From positions 537,981 through 569,980 of the forward strand of contig NZ_CP194951.1 in assembly GCF_030070105.2 (NCBI RefSeq): a DNA stretch of 32,000 bases, written 5' to 3'. This document shows positions 1-8,827 of the stretch, piece after piece; position 1 is the first letter of the stretch; each line of letters begins with the position of its first letter. The notes under the pieces are model-generated. The model was not told the DNA's origin and made no database searches. It worked only from the letters and a program-made list of their open reading frames with translations. Origin of the DNA: Bermanella sp. WJH001 (GTDB lineage: Bacteria; Pseudomonadota; Gammaproteobacteria; Pseudomonadales; Oceanobacteraceae). The position numbers and the translations under genes were made by a program.

Positions 1-117
1 CAGCGCTTCATTGTCGTCAAGGGGTTGTAAATCTTTATAATTGTGCATTTCGGGAAAAGCATTGGTCGAAATTGACCAGAAAAATATGACTAGATATGTA
101 TATTTTAAAAAAAGCAT
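1..117 (-). CDS. N-terminal part of a small secreted protein, truncated by window edge (MLFLKYTYLVIFFWSISTNAFPEMHNYKDLQPLDDNEAL...)
   Basis: Not in the supplied ORF track. Hand translation of the minus strand from ATG at 117 stays open for 39 codons to base 1. AAGGA lies upstream, the N-terminus is signal-peptide-like, and it starts 24 nt after the M48 protease stop. Confidence 0.55.
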   Translation of the reverse strand, partial: MLFLKYTYLVIFFWSISTNAFPEMHNYKDLQPLDDNEAL

Positions 118-141
118 TCTCATCCTTGATTTTTTATTGTT

Positions 142-972
142 TTAAAATTTATTTTTTATGTTAGATAGACTTGATGTTAGAGGTGTTAATTTCCCATGCA
201 GCATAGGATTAGAACGAAGGGCATCAATTCGTGATTGTGTGTTAGGGTGGGTATTAAAAAACTCAACGCTTAAATCATTGCCATGTTCGTTAAGCATGGC
301 AGTAAAGAATTCATCAGCACCTTGGGTGTGGCCATAAATTTCGCCAATGGTTCTCAGAGCAGAGGTGTCAGCTTCTCTTTCCATATCACGATTAAAGCGC
401 AGCAAGGTTATGAGCCCAGCTTGATTTAATAATGTACCGGCTGAGCTATCAGAAAAAATCATGGCGCTTACTAATTGAATAATCAACCCGCGGCTTAATG
501 ATTGAATGGGGTGGCGGTGTTGAATATGGGCCATTTCATGGGCCAGTACCATGGCTAAACCATTTTCACTTTTAATATTTTTAATTAAACCTGTGGTCAC
601 AAAGATTTGTCCGCCAAGGGTAGCAAATGCATTTGGCGTGTCATCATCAAGTAGCTGCACGTTATAACTAATATCGATTTGATTTTGCGGTGCGAGTTTG
701 TGCAATAAGTCTTGCAAGGCGATCTGTGCCTCTTGCATGATTTGATTTTCTTCTTCTGCTTCATCTGCTTGAATAACCACAGACGACACCCAAGATTTCT
801 CCCACGCAAACGGAATATAAGGGGAAAGGGCTTGTGCAAAGTATGTCACGCAAGCCACAAACACAACGATGGTTAGCACAACCCCAGTCACCAGTAGAAA
901 AAATTCTTTTAATGGCTGTTCTTGTGATGTGTTGATGCCCTCTGGAAACTTAGGATTTTGTTTTGTTGTCAT
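142..972 (-). CDS. M48 family zinc metalloprotease, membrane anchored
   Basis: HEMAH zinc motif (LVLAHEMAHIQHRHP), N-terminal hydrophobic segment, DREREAD-like 'FNRDMEREADTSAL' motif. Confidence 0.9.
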   Translation of the reverse strand: MTTKQNPKFPEGINTSQEQPLKEFFLLVTGVVLTIVVFVACVTYFAQALSPYIPFAWEKSWVSSVVIQADEAEEENQIMQEAQIALQDLLHKLAPQNQIDISYNVQLLDDDTPNAFATLGGQIFVTTGLIKNIKSENGLAMVLAHEMAHIQHRHPIQSLSRGLIIQLVSAMIFSDSSAGTLLNQAGLITLLRFNRDMEREADTSALRTIGEIYGHTQGADEFFTAMLNEHGNDLSVEFFNTHPNTQSRIDALRSNPMLHGKLTPLTSSLSNIKNKF

Positions 973-1427
973 GACTTAGCAATCATTCCTGTGCCATAGG
1001 CCAGGACTTCAATTGATCCTAAACTTTTGTTGGCATTGCCAGAAATACGGCTGGTTTCGAACTTTGTATTTATGATTGCTTGCGCGCCGATGTCACTGGC
1101 CTCTTGTTGCATACGTAAAATGGCTTCACGGCGAGCTCGATCGAGTAATGATTCATAAGAGGTTAAGTGACCACCTACCAAGGTTTTTAAACCGGCAATA
1201 ATGACTTTAAAATAATCCACTGAAATTACCACACTGCCCATTACTAACTGAGTGTCATGGCGAATGTATTCTCCGCTTGGCAGGCGTTCGGTTGAAACAA
1301 AAATATGTCGAAACTGATCTTCGCGTTGGCTAATACTTTGATAGTGCTTTTTTTCAGCACGACGACCAAAAAAATAGCCTAAAAAAATCAGGGTGATGAA
1401 TATCCCAAGTTGGATAAAACTTTCCAT
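969..1427 (-). CDS. YbjQ/UPF0145 family heavy-metal-binding-like domain protein with N-terminal TM helix
   Basis: GSVV...K...GG.L..Y..LL...R.EA..RM..EA...GA.A.IN.KFETS...EVLAYGT pattern typical of YbjQ. N-terminal TM segment. Its stop overlaps the M48 start (ATGA). Confidence 0.75.
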   Translation of the reverse strand: MESFIQLGIFITLIFLGYFFGRRAEKKHYQSISQREDQFRHIFVSTERLPSGEYIRHDTQLVMGSVVISVDYFKVIIAGLKTLVGGHLTSYESLLDRARREAILRMQQEASDIGAQAIINTKFETSRISGNANKSLGSIEVLAYGTGMIAKS

Positions 1428-1429
1428 GT

Positions 1430-1747
1430 TTAGCCCTCAATGATAACCGCAGTACCGTAGGCTAAAATCTCAGATGCACCAGCTGTAATGGAGGACGTAG
1501 AAAAGCGCACATTGATCACTGCATTAGCACCAATGGCTTTTGCTTGCTCGCACATACGATCAACGGCTTCTTGACGGGATTCTTGTAGTAACTCGGTATA
1601 CCCTTTTAACTCACCACCCACGATATTTTTAAAGCCTGCCATGATATCTCGACCGGCATGTTTTGCACGCACCGTACTGCCTTGTACAAGCCCAAGATGA
1701 TTGCTAACACGTTTGCCTGGGATAATTTCAATATTGCTGATGAGCAT
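1430..1747 (-). CDS. YbjQ/UPF0145 family protein (soluble paralog)
   Basis: Start re-assigned to the internal Met 'MLISNIEIIPGKRVSNHLGLVQGSTVRAKHAGRD...', the family-typical N-terminus. The longer ORF (to 1882) has a non-family leader. Confidence 0.8.
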   Translation of the reverse strand: MLISNIEIIPGKRVSNHLGLVQGSTVRAKHAGRDIMAGFKNIVGGELKGYTELLQESRQEAVDRMCEQAKAIGANAVINVRFSTSSITAGASEILAYGTAVIIEG

Positions 1748-1888
1748 GTTGATCCTTAACATAGAAGTAGATAAATCAGGCGAGGGAATTTGCCAGAAAA
1801 TCACAATAAAGTCGAATCCAGTTTTTAGATGCGCCGCGATTAACCTGTGTGAAAAGAGTATGTATGGCCACTGCAGTCCCACAAATAA

Positions 1889-2080
1889 AATTTGATTATC
1901 CTTATCGAAAAAACGTCACTCCCGACGCGCGCAGCGCTTTGATCGGGGATCCACTTCTACTTTTGTGAAAGATTTGAGTGTTTCATCGGTGAGATTATGG
2001 AATTGAACCCTCGTGTTCGCGGGGGAGACGTTGATTTTCTATTAATTTTCAAACTATGGGGCAGTAGTGCATGTGTGACA
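1889..2080. repeat. Dispersed structured intergenic element, copy 1
   Basis: Positions 1921-1987 align without gaps to 22648-22714 with only about 8 mismatches in 67 nt. Weaker similarity continues on both flanks (AATTTGAT..., ...ACTA.GGGGC.GCAGTGCA). Confidence 0.75.
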
Positions 2081-2161
2081 ACTTTTACAGTCGCTGCCAT
2101 GAAACAGGTGGGAGTGTGCTTGCACGGGACAAGCCAATTAGAAACACGGAACTAAAGGCAT

Positions 2162-2196
2162 AAAAAAACCGTTTACACATAAAGCGTAAACGGTTT
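2162..2196 (-). terminator. Rho-independent terminator downstream of the thiolase gene
   Basis: Perfect 11-bp stem AAACCGTTTAC/GTAAACGGTTT (2166-2176/2186-2196), 9-nt loop, T-tract on the minus strand (A7 at 2162-2168 on plus). Confidence 0.8.
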
Positions 2197-2202
2197 GATT
2201 TT

Positions 2203-2314
2203 GTCTAACGTCTAACGTCTAACGTCTAACGTCTAACGTCTAACGTCTAACGTCTAACGTCTAACGTCTAACGTCTAACGTCTAACGTCTAACGTCTAAC
2301 GTCTAACGTCTAAC
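2203..2314. repeat. Tandem heptamer array, (GTCTAAC)x16, 112 bp, perfect
   Basis: Directly read: 16 uninterrupted copies of GTCTAAC between the terminator hairpin and the thiolase stop codon (TTA at 2317). Confidence 0.97.
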
Positions 2315-2316
2315 GA

Positions 2317-3504
2317 TTAAATCAATTCAATCGCCATAGCTGTCGCTTCACCGCCACCAATACAAAGTGCCGCAACCCCTTTGGTTTTGCCTTTTACTTT
2401 CAGTGCGTTCATTAGGGTTACAATTAAACGTGAACCCGTTGAACCCACTGGGTGGCCTTGTGCACAAGCACCACCAAAAATGTTCACAGTTTCAGGGTCT
2501 AAACCTAGATCCAAGATTGGCATCATGGCAACCATGGCAAACGCTTCGTTGATCTCAAATAAATCAACATCGTTTTTAGTCCAACCTGTTTTAGCAAATA
2601 AGTTTTCAATGGCGCCAACAGGAGCAATGGTGAACTCACTAGGGTGTTGTGATTGTGTGGCGTGACCCACAATACGCGCAAGAGGCTTAAGGCCACGTGC
2701 AGCCGCTTCGCTTTCGCTCATTAATAACAGTGCAGACGCACCGTCAGAAATGGATGACGCGTTAGCAGCAGTAATGGTGCCGTCTTTTTTAAATGCTGGG
2801 CGAAGCGTTGGGATTTTTTCAATGTTCGCATTAAAAGGCTGCTCGTCATGCTCAACAACGGTTTCACCACGACGATTGGTAACCGTCACAGGTACGATTT
2901 CATCTTTTAGTAAACCCGCTTCAATAGCGGCTTTTGCACGGCTTAAAGATTGAATGGCGTAGTTATCCATGTCTTCACGGCTGTAGCCTTTTTTATCAGC
3001 AACGTCTTGCGCAAAGCTGCCCATTAAGCGACCGGTTTCAGCGTCTTCTAGGCCATCTAAAAACATGTGGTCCATTGCTTGATCCGCATGGCCCATACGG
3101 TAACCTTTACGTGCGTTTGGCAAAATATAAGGCGCGTTAGACATGCTCTCCATACCGCCCGCGATCATCACTGTATTCGTACCAGCCTTGATTAGATCGT
3201 GTGCAAACATAGTGGCTTTCATACCTGAGCCACACAATTTGTTGATAGTGGTCGCACCGGTGAAATCAGGTAAACCTGCTTTACGCATGGCCTGACGAGC
3301 AGGGCCTTGTTTTAAGCCAGCAGGTAATACGTTACCCATGATCACTTCTTGAACATCTTCTGGTTTTAAACCAGCGCGCTCAACCACCTCTTTAATAACA
3401 ATGGCACCCAGATCAGTGGCAGAAACCTCAGAAAGGCTACCCTGAAAACCACCCATAGGTGTACGCACACCACTTACGATTACAACAGAATCTTGATTAG
3501 ACAT
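2317..3504 (-). CDS. Acetyl-CoA C-acetyltransferase (thiolase)
   Basis: VVIVSGVRTPMGGFQGSL N-terminus, NKLCGSGMKA active-site Cys, GHPVGSTGSR and CIGGGEA C-terminal thiolase motifs. Start moved to MSNQDS at 3504. Confidence 0.92.
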   Translation of the reverse strand: MSNQDSVVIVSGVRTPMGGFQGSLSEVSATDLGAIVIKEVVERAGLKPEDVQEVIMGNVLPAGLKQGPARQAMRKAGLPDFTGATTINKLCGSGMKATMFAHDLIKAGTNTVMIAGGMESMSNAPYILPNARKGYRMGHADQAMDHMFLDGLEDAETGRLMGSFAQDVADKKGYSREDMDNYAIQSLSRAKAAIEAGLLKDEIVPVTVTNRRGETVVEHDEQPFNANIEKIPTLRPAFKKDGTITAANASSISDGASALLLMSESEAAARGLKPLARIVGHATQSQHPSEFTIAPVGAIENLFAKTGWTKNDVDLFEINEAFAMVAMMPILDLGLDPETVNIFGGACAQGHPVGSTGSRLIVTLMNALKVKGKTKGVAALCIGGGEATAMAIELI

Positions 3505-3783
3505 AACAAACCTCATACTGAAACAGGGCACACCCTGGGAAGACCCACTTAAGCGAGCCAAGGAATAAAGGGCGCAAATTGTAGCAAGCTTCGCCAAAAG
3601 CCACCATGGTCAGCTTACTTGAGTGAAGCCGTGTTTGAATATTGTACTTAGGCCACAAAATTAACCTTTTTTGACCGTAAATGTATGAATTGGAAGCATA
3701 TTTACCTTGCTGAGCGCTCAAAAAGACTTCATATTGGCTGCACTTAGTGTAATCACTCTAAAAGTAGAACAGATGTACCGTGT

Positions 3784-3853
3784 TCAAACGGTTGTTTGAT
3801 TAAAAACGTCAATTAACCCCCCTGCTATGGGGTTAATCATACTTTAGTGTGAT
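3784..3853. promoter_or_regulatory. Cluster of inverted repeats upstream of the lipase operon (candidate operators)
   Basis: TCAAAC-N4-GTTTGA (3784-3799); ATTAACCCC-N8-GGGGTTAAT (3812-3837); ATCATAC-N4-GTGTGAT (3836-3853, one mismatch). Confidence 0.4.
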
Positions 3854-3956
3854 CTTATTTGAGTGGCCCTTAGATATATTCGGGGCTGTTCAATGGTCTA
3901 TGGCCTCAACAATTAAGCAAGTCCTAACAATCATAAAAACAAGGGGAACTACTCCT

Positions 3957-6794
3957 ATGCTTAAAAAATCCCTATTAAGCCTTGCCGTCACCACCTCGCT
4001 GGTGGGACTTGCAGGCTGTAATATCAGCAGCACCTCAGACAACACAGGCACCAAGCCTGTTGTGCAAACTCAAAATGAGACACAGGCTTCTACCAAGGTT
4101 TACCCATTGTTTAACCCAGCTCGCTCAGTGCTGCCGGTGGGTATCGATTTATTATTTGCTAAAGCATCAACCACTGACGGCACAGCAGATGTAGGTAATG
4201 ACCAAGGTAACCCAGTTAAAAAAGCATTGAACGATATGGACGGTATTTCGACTCTTGCTCCTATCGATGTTCAGTTTAATAAATCTATTGACCCTACGTC
4301 TGCGGTTGCGGGTTCAACTGTATTCCTAGTGAAGCTACCAAATGCTGCGAGTGTTGGTGATGCCGTAGCAAACCAAGTATTGCCAACGGTTTATGATTAT
4401 GGTGATGGAGAGGGTGCTGTCGCTACTAAGCCAGTTGATGCATTGAGCTTAGCTACAATCGCGCCATTTTTTGCAACTACTAAAGTAGATGGTACGGCAG
4501 CAGCCAGCCAGTTAGAAACGGTTGCGGCTCGTAATTTATTTGGTACTACTTTTGATGGAAGCGATCCTGCCACGATTACAGATGGTTTATTAGCTGATCA
4601 GCCTAAACCTGGTGTTGATTACGAAGTAGTAGTGGTTGGTCTTGATGGTACTGATGATAATACCATTCGCATTAATCCACTTAAGCCATTAGACAGCAAA
4701 ACCAAGTATGTAGTATTTGTTACAGGTTCGGTTAAGGATGCCAGTGGCGCTAAAGTTTCCCCATCACCTGATTATGCCTCTATTACAGGCACTGGTGACC
4801 TAGTATCGCCATCACTTGCACCAGTAAGAACGCTTGTTGATACACTTGAGCAATTAGGCGGTCAAATCTTGACTTCTGGTGGCACTAATCTGACCCCTTT
4901 AGCTGACGGGATTGTGTTCTCTGCACCGTTTACAACAACCGACCCTGATACGGTTCTGAAGTCTATGGCAGATCCAGGTTATTGGGCGCCAAACGTTATT
5001 ACTAATAATACAATTGCGGATGCGGTTATTACTGCAGGTGGTATTGATGCATCCGGTGTGGCTGATGCTGCAAAAATTCCAACTGCAATCGGAGTGGCGC
5101 GTGCAGCTCTTACTGCGGCTAATCCAAATTTAGGGAATGCTACAGCATACGAACACCCTCGTGCTCGTACTGTTGAGACAATTCTAGTTGCTGCAAATAC
5201 GGCTTTACGTTTGACACCTGCTCAGATAACAGCGGAATTTGATACGCCTTTAACTGAAGACGTAAAAGTTGGTCAAGCTGCCATTGAATTACCACAGTAC
5301 ACGGCCAAGTTTGATGCTACAGATGCGACCACTTTTTCTGACATCTGGAGTGGCAATGCAACAGTAGGTGCGGTTCTTGATGGAGCATTAGGTCAAGATA
5401 GTGGTACTACCCCTCCAAGTGATACTGATGAGTCTAAAAATGTGACTTATCGTTTTCCGTTTGCCATGGAAAAACGTAAGGCGGTTGTGCCATTCTTAAC
5501 GTTTGAACCTCAGGCTGGTAGTACAGGCCCTGGTGGTGCTGGTTGTACTAAGCCGGGAGCAGGTTGGCCTGTTGTTATCATGCAACATGGTTTTACTTCC
5601 GACCGTACTGGGAACTTGATTAACGGCATTAAAGTGGCGGATCTAACCTGTCATGCGGTTATCGCAATGGATCTTCCTCATCACGGTATCGCGCCAACGA
5701 ATGATGCTTTAGCCTTGAATGTGGATTACACAAATTCAACTGATGCGACAAAGACACCATTTGCAGCAGCTATTGCGTCAACCGTTGCAGCGGCAACGAC
5801 AGCAGAAACACTAGATCAAACCATTCTTGATGATATTGCAGAGCGTCATGAAGGTTTCTACGGAGTATCCGGTGCACCAACACCTGTGACTTATGCTGAT
5901 GATCCTGATAATGGCGTTGGCGGTTCAGGTAGTCTTTGGATTCGTTTAGATAACTTCCAGCGTACTCGTGACAACGTTCGTCAAGCGGTAATGGATTTGA
6001 TGAATCTAAATGCATCACTAGGAAATATTGATCTAGATGGTGACGGTAATCCAGACTTAGATACAACTAAGGTTAATTATATCGGCCACTCTTTAGGAGC
6101 TATTGTAGGTACAACCTTTATTGCGGTTAACAACCAGTCAGCGAACACAAACCTTTACCCTATCAATAAGGCTGTGTTAGCAACTCCTGGTGGTCATTTA
6201 ACCAAGTTGATTGAAAACTCTGTTGGCATTGGTGCAGACGTGATTGCAGGCTTAGGTGGTCTTGGTATTACTCAGGGTAGTTCAAGCTTTGAAAGCTATA
6301 TGAAAGTATTCCAAGCTACTGTTGATTCAGGTGATCCAATGAACTTCATCTCTGAATTGAGTGCAACAGGTGTGAATATTCCAACTGTAATTGTGGGTAT
6401 GTATGGCTCACTGCAAGACGGTGTTCCGGGTGATCTAGTTGTACCTGTAAACGGTGACGGTATCCAAGTAGCAGCAGATACTTTTGTACTTGCTGACGGT
6501 TCAACCAGTCAGCCAGAAACAGCTCGTAACCCGCTAACAGGTTTAGACTCAATGCTAACTTTAATTGGTGCTGAAAATATTAAAGATACACCAACAGGTA
6601 CCAAGTATGTGGCTAAGTATAACGAAGGTGGTCACGGTACGTTCTCATCTGCTGGTACTCGCGGAACAGGTGCGCCTAACTTTGATTCAGCCGATGCTTT
6701 TGCTGAAATGCTAAATCAAACAGTGACGTTATTGCTAACAGGTACTCCAGCAATTAATGATGGCGACTTATTAATCTCTGATGTAACGCCTTAA
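3957..6794 (+). CDS. Extracellular/outer-membrane lipase lipoprotein, Pla-1/cef (VolA-like) family
   Basis: Lipoprotein signal MLKKSLLSLAVTTSLVGLAGC; GHSLG nucleophile motif (NYIGHSLGAIVG); 'VVIMQHGFTSDRTG' oxyanion region; upstream RBS AAGGGGA. Start moved from 3849 to 3957. Confidence 0.85.
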   Translation: MLKKSLLSLAVTTSLVGLAGCNISSTSDNTGTKPVVQTQNETQASTKVYPLFNPARSVLPVGIDLLFAKASTTDGTADVGNDQGNPVKKALNDMDGISTLAPIDVQFNKSIDPTSAVAGSTVFLVKLPNAASVGDAVANQVLPTVYDYGDGEGAVATKPVDALSLATIAPFFATTKVDGTAAASQLETVAARNLFGTTFDGSDPATITDGLLADQPKPGVDYEVVVVGLDGTDDNTIRINPLKPLDSKTKYVVFVTGSVKDASGAKVSPSPDYASITGTGDLVSPSLAPVRTLVDTLEQLGGQILTSGGTNLTPLADGIVFSAPFTTTDPDTVLKSMADPGYWAPNVITNNTIADAVITAGGIDASGVADAAKIPTAIGVARAALTAANPNLGNATAYEHPRARTVETILVAANTALRLTPAQITAEFDTPLTEDVKVGQAAIELPQYTAKFDATDATTFSDIWSGNATVGAVLDGALGQDSGTTPPSDTDESKNVTYRFPFAMEKRKAVVPFLTFEPQAGSTGPGGAGCTKPGAGWPVVIMQHGFTSDRTGNLINGIKVADLTCHAVIAMDLPHHGIAPTNDALALNVDYTNSTDATKTPFAAAIASTVAAATTAETLDQTILDDIAERHEGFYGVSGAPTPVTYADDPDNGVGGSGSLWIRLDNFQRTRDNVRQAVMDLMNLNASLGNIDLDGDGNPDLDTTKVNYIGHSLGAIVGTTFIAVNNQSANTNLYPINKAVLATPGGHLTKLIENSVGIGADVIAGLGGLGITQGSSSFESYMKVFQATVDSGDPMNFISELSATGVNIPTVIVGMYGSLQDGVPGDLVVPVNGDGIQVAADTFVLADGSTSQPETARNPLTGLDSMLTLIGAENIKDTPTGTKYVAKYNEGGHGTFSSAGTRGTGAPNFDSADAFAEMLNQTVTLLLTGTPAINDGDLLISDVTP

Positions 6795-6841
6795 TTAAGA
6801 CCTAAACCATGACAAAAAATATAAATAATAAGAGGTCTGGA

Positions 6842-8779
6842 ATGAATAAATTAAAAACCTTAACACTAGCTGTTGCCGCCATCAGTGCGGCTAGCAGCCA
6901 AGCGATAGAATTTGAAGCGGGGCCAATAACGGCCCAGCTAAATACCAGCTTATCTTGGGGTGTGGCAATGCGCACCGAAGACCCAGATACAGCTCACATT
7001 CACCCAGCTAACGCAGCAGCAATCGGTATGCCGGTTGCCAATACTCAAGCGGGTTCAACGTATAACTATGATGACGGTACCCTTAACTACGAGAAAAATG
7101 ATCTGATCAGTAATGTTGTTAAAGGCAACATGGATCTAGAGCTTGTATGGGGCGACGCGGGTGCGTTTGTTCGTGGTACCGCGTTTTACGATACGGTGAT
7201 TATGGATGAAGATCCAAACTTCAAGCCTTATAACGATGAAACCAAGGATGCCGCGGGTAAAGGTTATGACCTACTTGATGCGTTTGTTTGGTACAACACG
7301 TATATGGGCGATACGCCGGTATCGTTGCGTTTAGGTCGTCAAGTGGTGAGCTGGGGTGAAAGTACCTTTATTCAAGGTGGTATCAACTCTATTAACCCAA
7401 TTAACGCCTCAGCGGTTCGTAAGCCAGGTGTTGAAGTAAAAGAAGTGTTGTTGCCAGTTAACATGGCCTACGGCTCGTTTGGTTTAACTGATAACGTTAC
7501 CTTAGAAGCGTTTTACCAACTAGAGTGGGAGAAAACCCGTGTCGATGGTTGTGGTACTTTCTTCTCGACCGCTGACTTCGTAGCGGACGGTTGTGGTCCT
7601 GTAATCTTGGGCGGTATCTCTGATGAGCGTCAAATCCTAGAAGATTACCAAAACGGTTCTGGCGCCATGCCAATTGCCACCTATAACAGAACGGACGAAC
7701 CTTCTGATGATGGCCAATATGGTTTAGCTCTACGTTGGTACTCTGAAGCACTAGGTGATACTGAGTTTGGTTTGTACTTCATGAATATTCATAGTCGAGT
7801 GCCTATGATTTCAGGTTTTGCAGCCAACACTATCGACCCTGCAGATGGAAGTCCTTTCAACGCCTCAAACGATTTTGGTGCGTATCCTGAGTACATCATT
7901 AAATACCCAGAAGACATCAAGTTAATGGGTGTATCTTTCAACCGTACACTGGATAGCGGCTGGTCTATTAGTGGTGAAGTGAGCATGACGCAAGATCGCC
8001 CAATTCAGCACAATACCTTTGAGCTGCTATTGGCGGGTAACTTGTTACAAACGTCTAAACTGTTTAAACAGCGTTACGAAGAAGCAACCGGTAATACGTT
8101 AGATATCAATGACCCTGCTCAAGTGAGAGCTGCTAAAGAAGCTTTAGCTGGTGAAGAGTTTGATGGTTTTGACCGTATGGATGTTGTGCAAGCACAAATG
8201 ACCTTCTTGCGTTTCTTTGACCAAGTAATGGGTGCCTCTCGTTTAACTTTCATCAGTGAAGTGGGTGTTACTCATATCCCTGATTTACCAGACCGTTCAG
8301 ATGCGCGTTATGGCCGTAGCGGTACTACTGGTATGGGTGGATTCACTCCTGTTGCTCACGATGCAACTGGTGATGGCATTGTAGATGGCTTTTTAACGTG
8401 TGATGCAAGTGCTACAGGTTCATTAGCACAAGGTGTTGACGGTGATGCGGGTAGTAACATCAATCCTACTTACTGTACAAATGACGGTTATGTGAATAAA
8501 ACGTCTGGCGGTATTCGTGCTCGTGCGATCCTTGATTATCCAAATGCTTTCCTTGGTGTAAATATGAAACCAGGTATCGCAGTGGGTATGGACTTTGGTA
8601 ACGGCCCAGAGCCTGCTAGCCAGTTCATTGATGAACGTATGCAGCTTGGTTTGAGTGTAAACTTTGATTACCTAAATAAATACAGTGGTGGTATTTCGTA
8701 CACCATGTTTGAAGGCGGCGATTATGATGCATTGAATGATCGCGACAATGTTAGCTTAAACCTGAAAGTGAATTTCTAA
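6842..8779 (+). CDS. DUF1302 family outer-membrane-associated protein
   Basis: Signal peptide, 'ITAQLNTSLSWGVAMRTEDPD' and 'LRLGRQVVSWGESTFIQGGINSINPINASAVRKPG' are typical of DUF1302. C-terminus ends in aromatic (LKVNF), as in beta-barrels. RBS AAGAGG supports start 6842. Confidence 0.85.
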   Translation: MNKLKTLTLAVAAISAASSQAIEFEAGPITAQLNTSLSWGVAMRTEDPDTAHIHPANAAAIGMPVANTQAGSTYNYDDGTLNYEKNDLISNVVKGNMDLELVWGDAGAFVRGTAFYDTVIMDEDPNFKPYNDETKDAAGKGYDLLDAFVWYNTYMGDTPVSLRLGRQVVSWGESTFIQGGINSINPINASAVRKPGVEVKEVLLPVNMAYGSFGLTDNVTLEAFYQLEWEKTRVDGCGTFFSTADFVADGCGPVILGGISDERQILEDYQNGSGAMPIATYNRTDEPSDDGQYGLALRWYSEALGDTEFGLYFMNIHSRVPMISGFAANTIDPADGSPFNASNDFGAYPEYIIKYPEDIKLMGVSFNRTLDSGWSISGEVSMTQDRPIQHNTFELLLAGNLLQTSKLFKQRYEEATGNTLDINDPAQVRAAKEALAGEEFDGFDRMDVVQAQMTFLRFFDQVMGASRLTFISEVGVTHIPDLPDRSDARYGRSGTTGMGGFTPVAHDATGDGIVDGFLTCDASATGSLAQGVDGDAGSNINPTYCTNDGYVNKTSGGIRARAILDYPNAFLGVNMKPGIAVGMDFGNGPEPASQFIDERMQLGLSVNFDYLNKYSGGISYTMFEGGDYDALNDRDNVSLNLKVNF

Positions 8780-8827
8780 CTGCTACACTTTTTGTAAGCT
8801 CATAATTGTTAAGGAATAGATATGTTA

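Noticed and set aside
1748-1882. N-terminal extension of the 1430-1882 ORF
   Set aside because: The leader (MGLQWPYILFSHR...) is not family-like and the internal Met at 1747 gives the typical YbjQ start.
2203-2314. Possible CRISPR-like array
   Set aside because: There are no spacers; it is a pure 7-bp tandem repeat with no cas genes nearby.
2367-3140. Several plus-strand ORFs antisense to the thiolase
   Set aside because: The thiolase motifs on the minus strand are unambiguous; the antisense frames have no recognisable features.
5770-6552. Minus-strand ORFs (98 and 68 aa) inside the lipase gene
   Set aside because: They lie wholly antisense to a well-supported lipase, have no plausible RBS or domain, and fit third-position composition artefacts.
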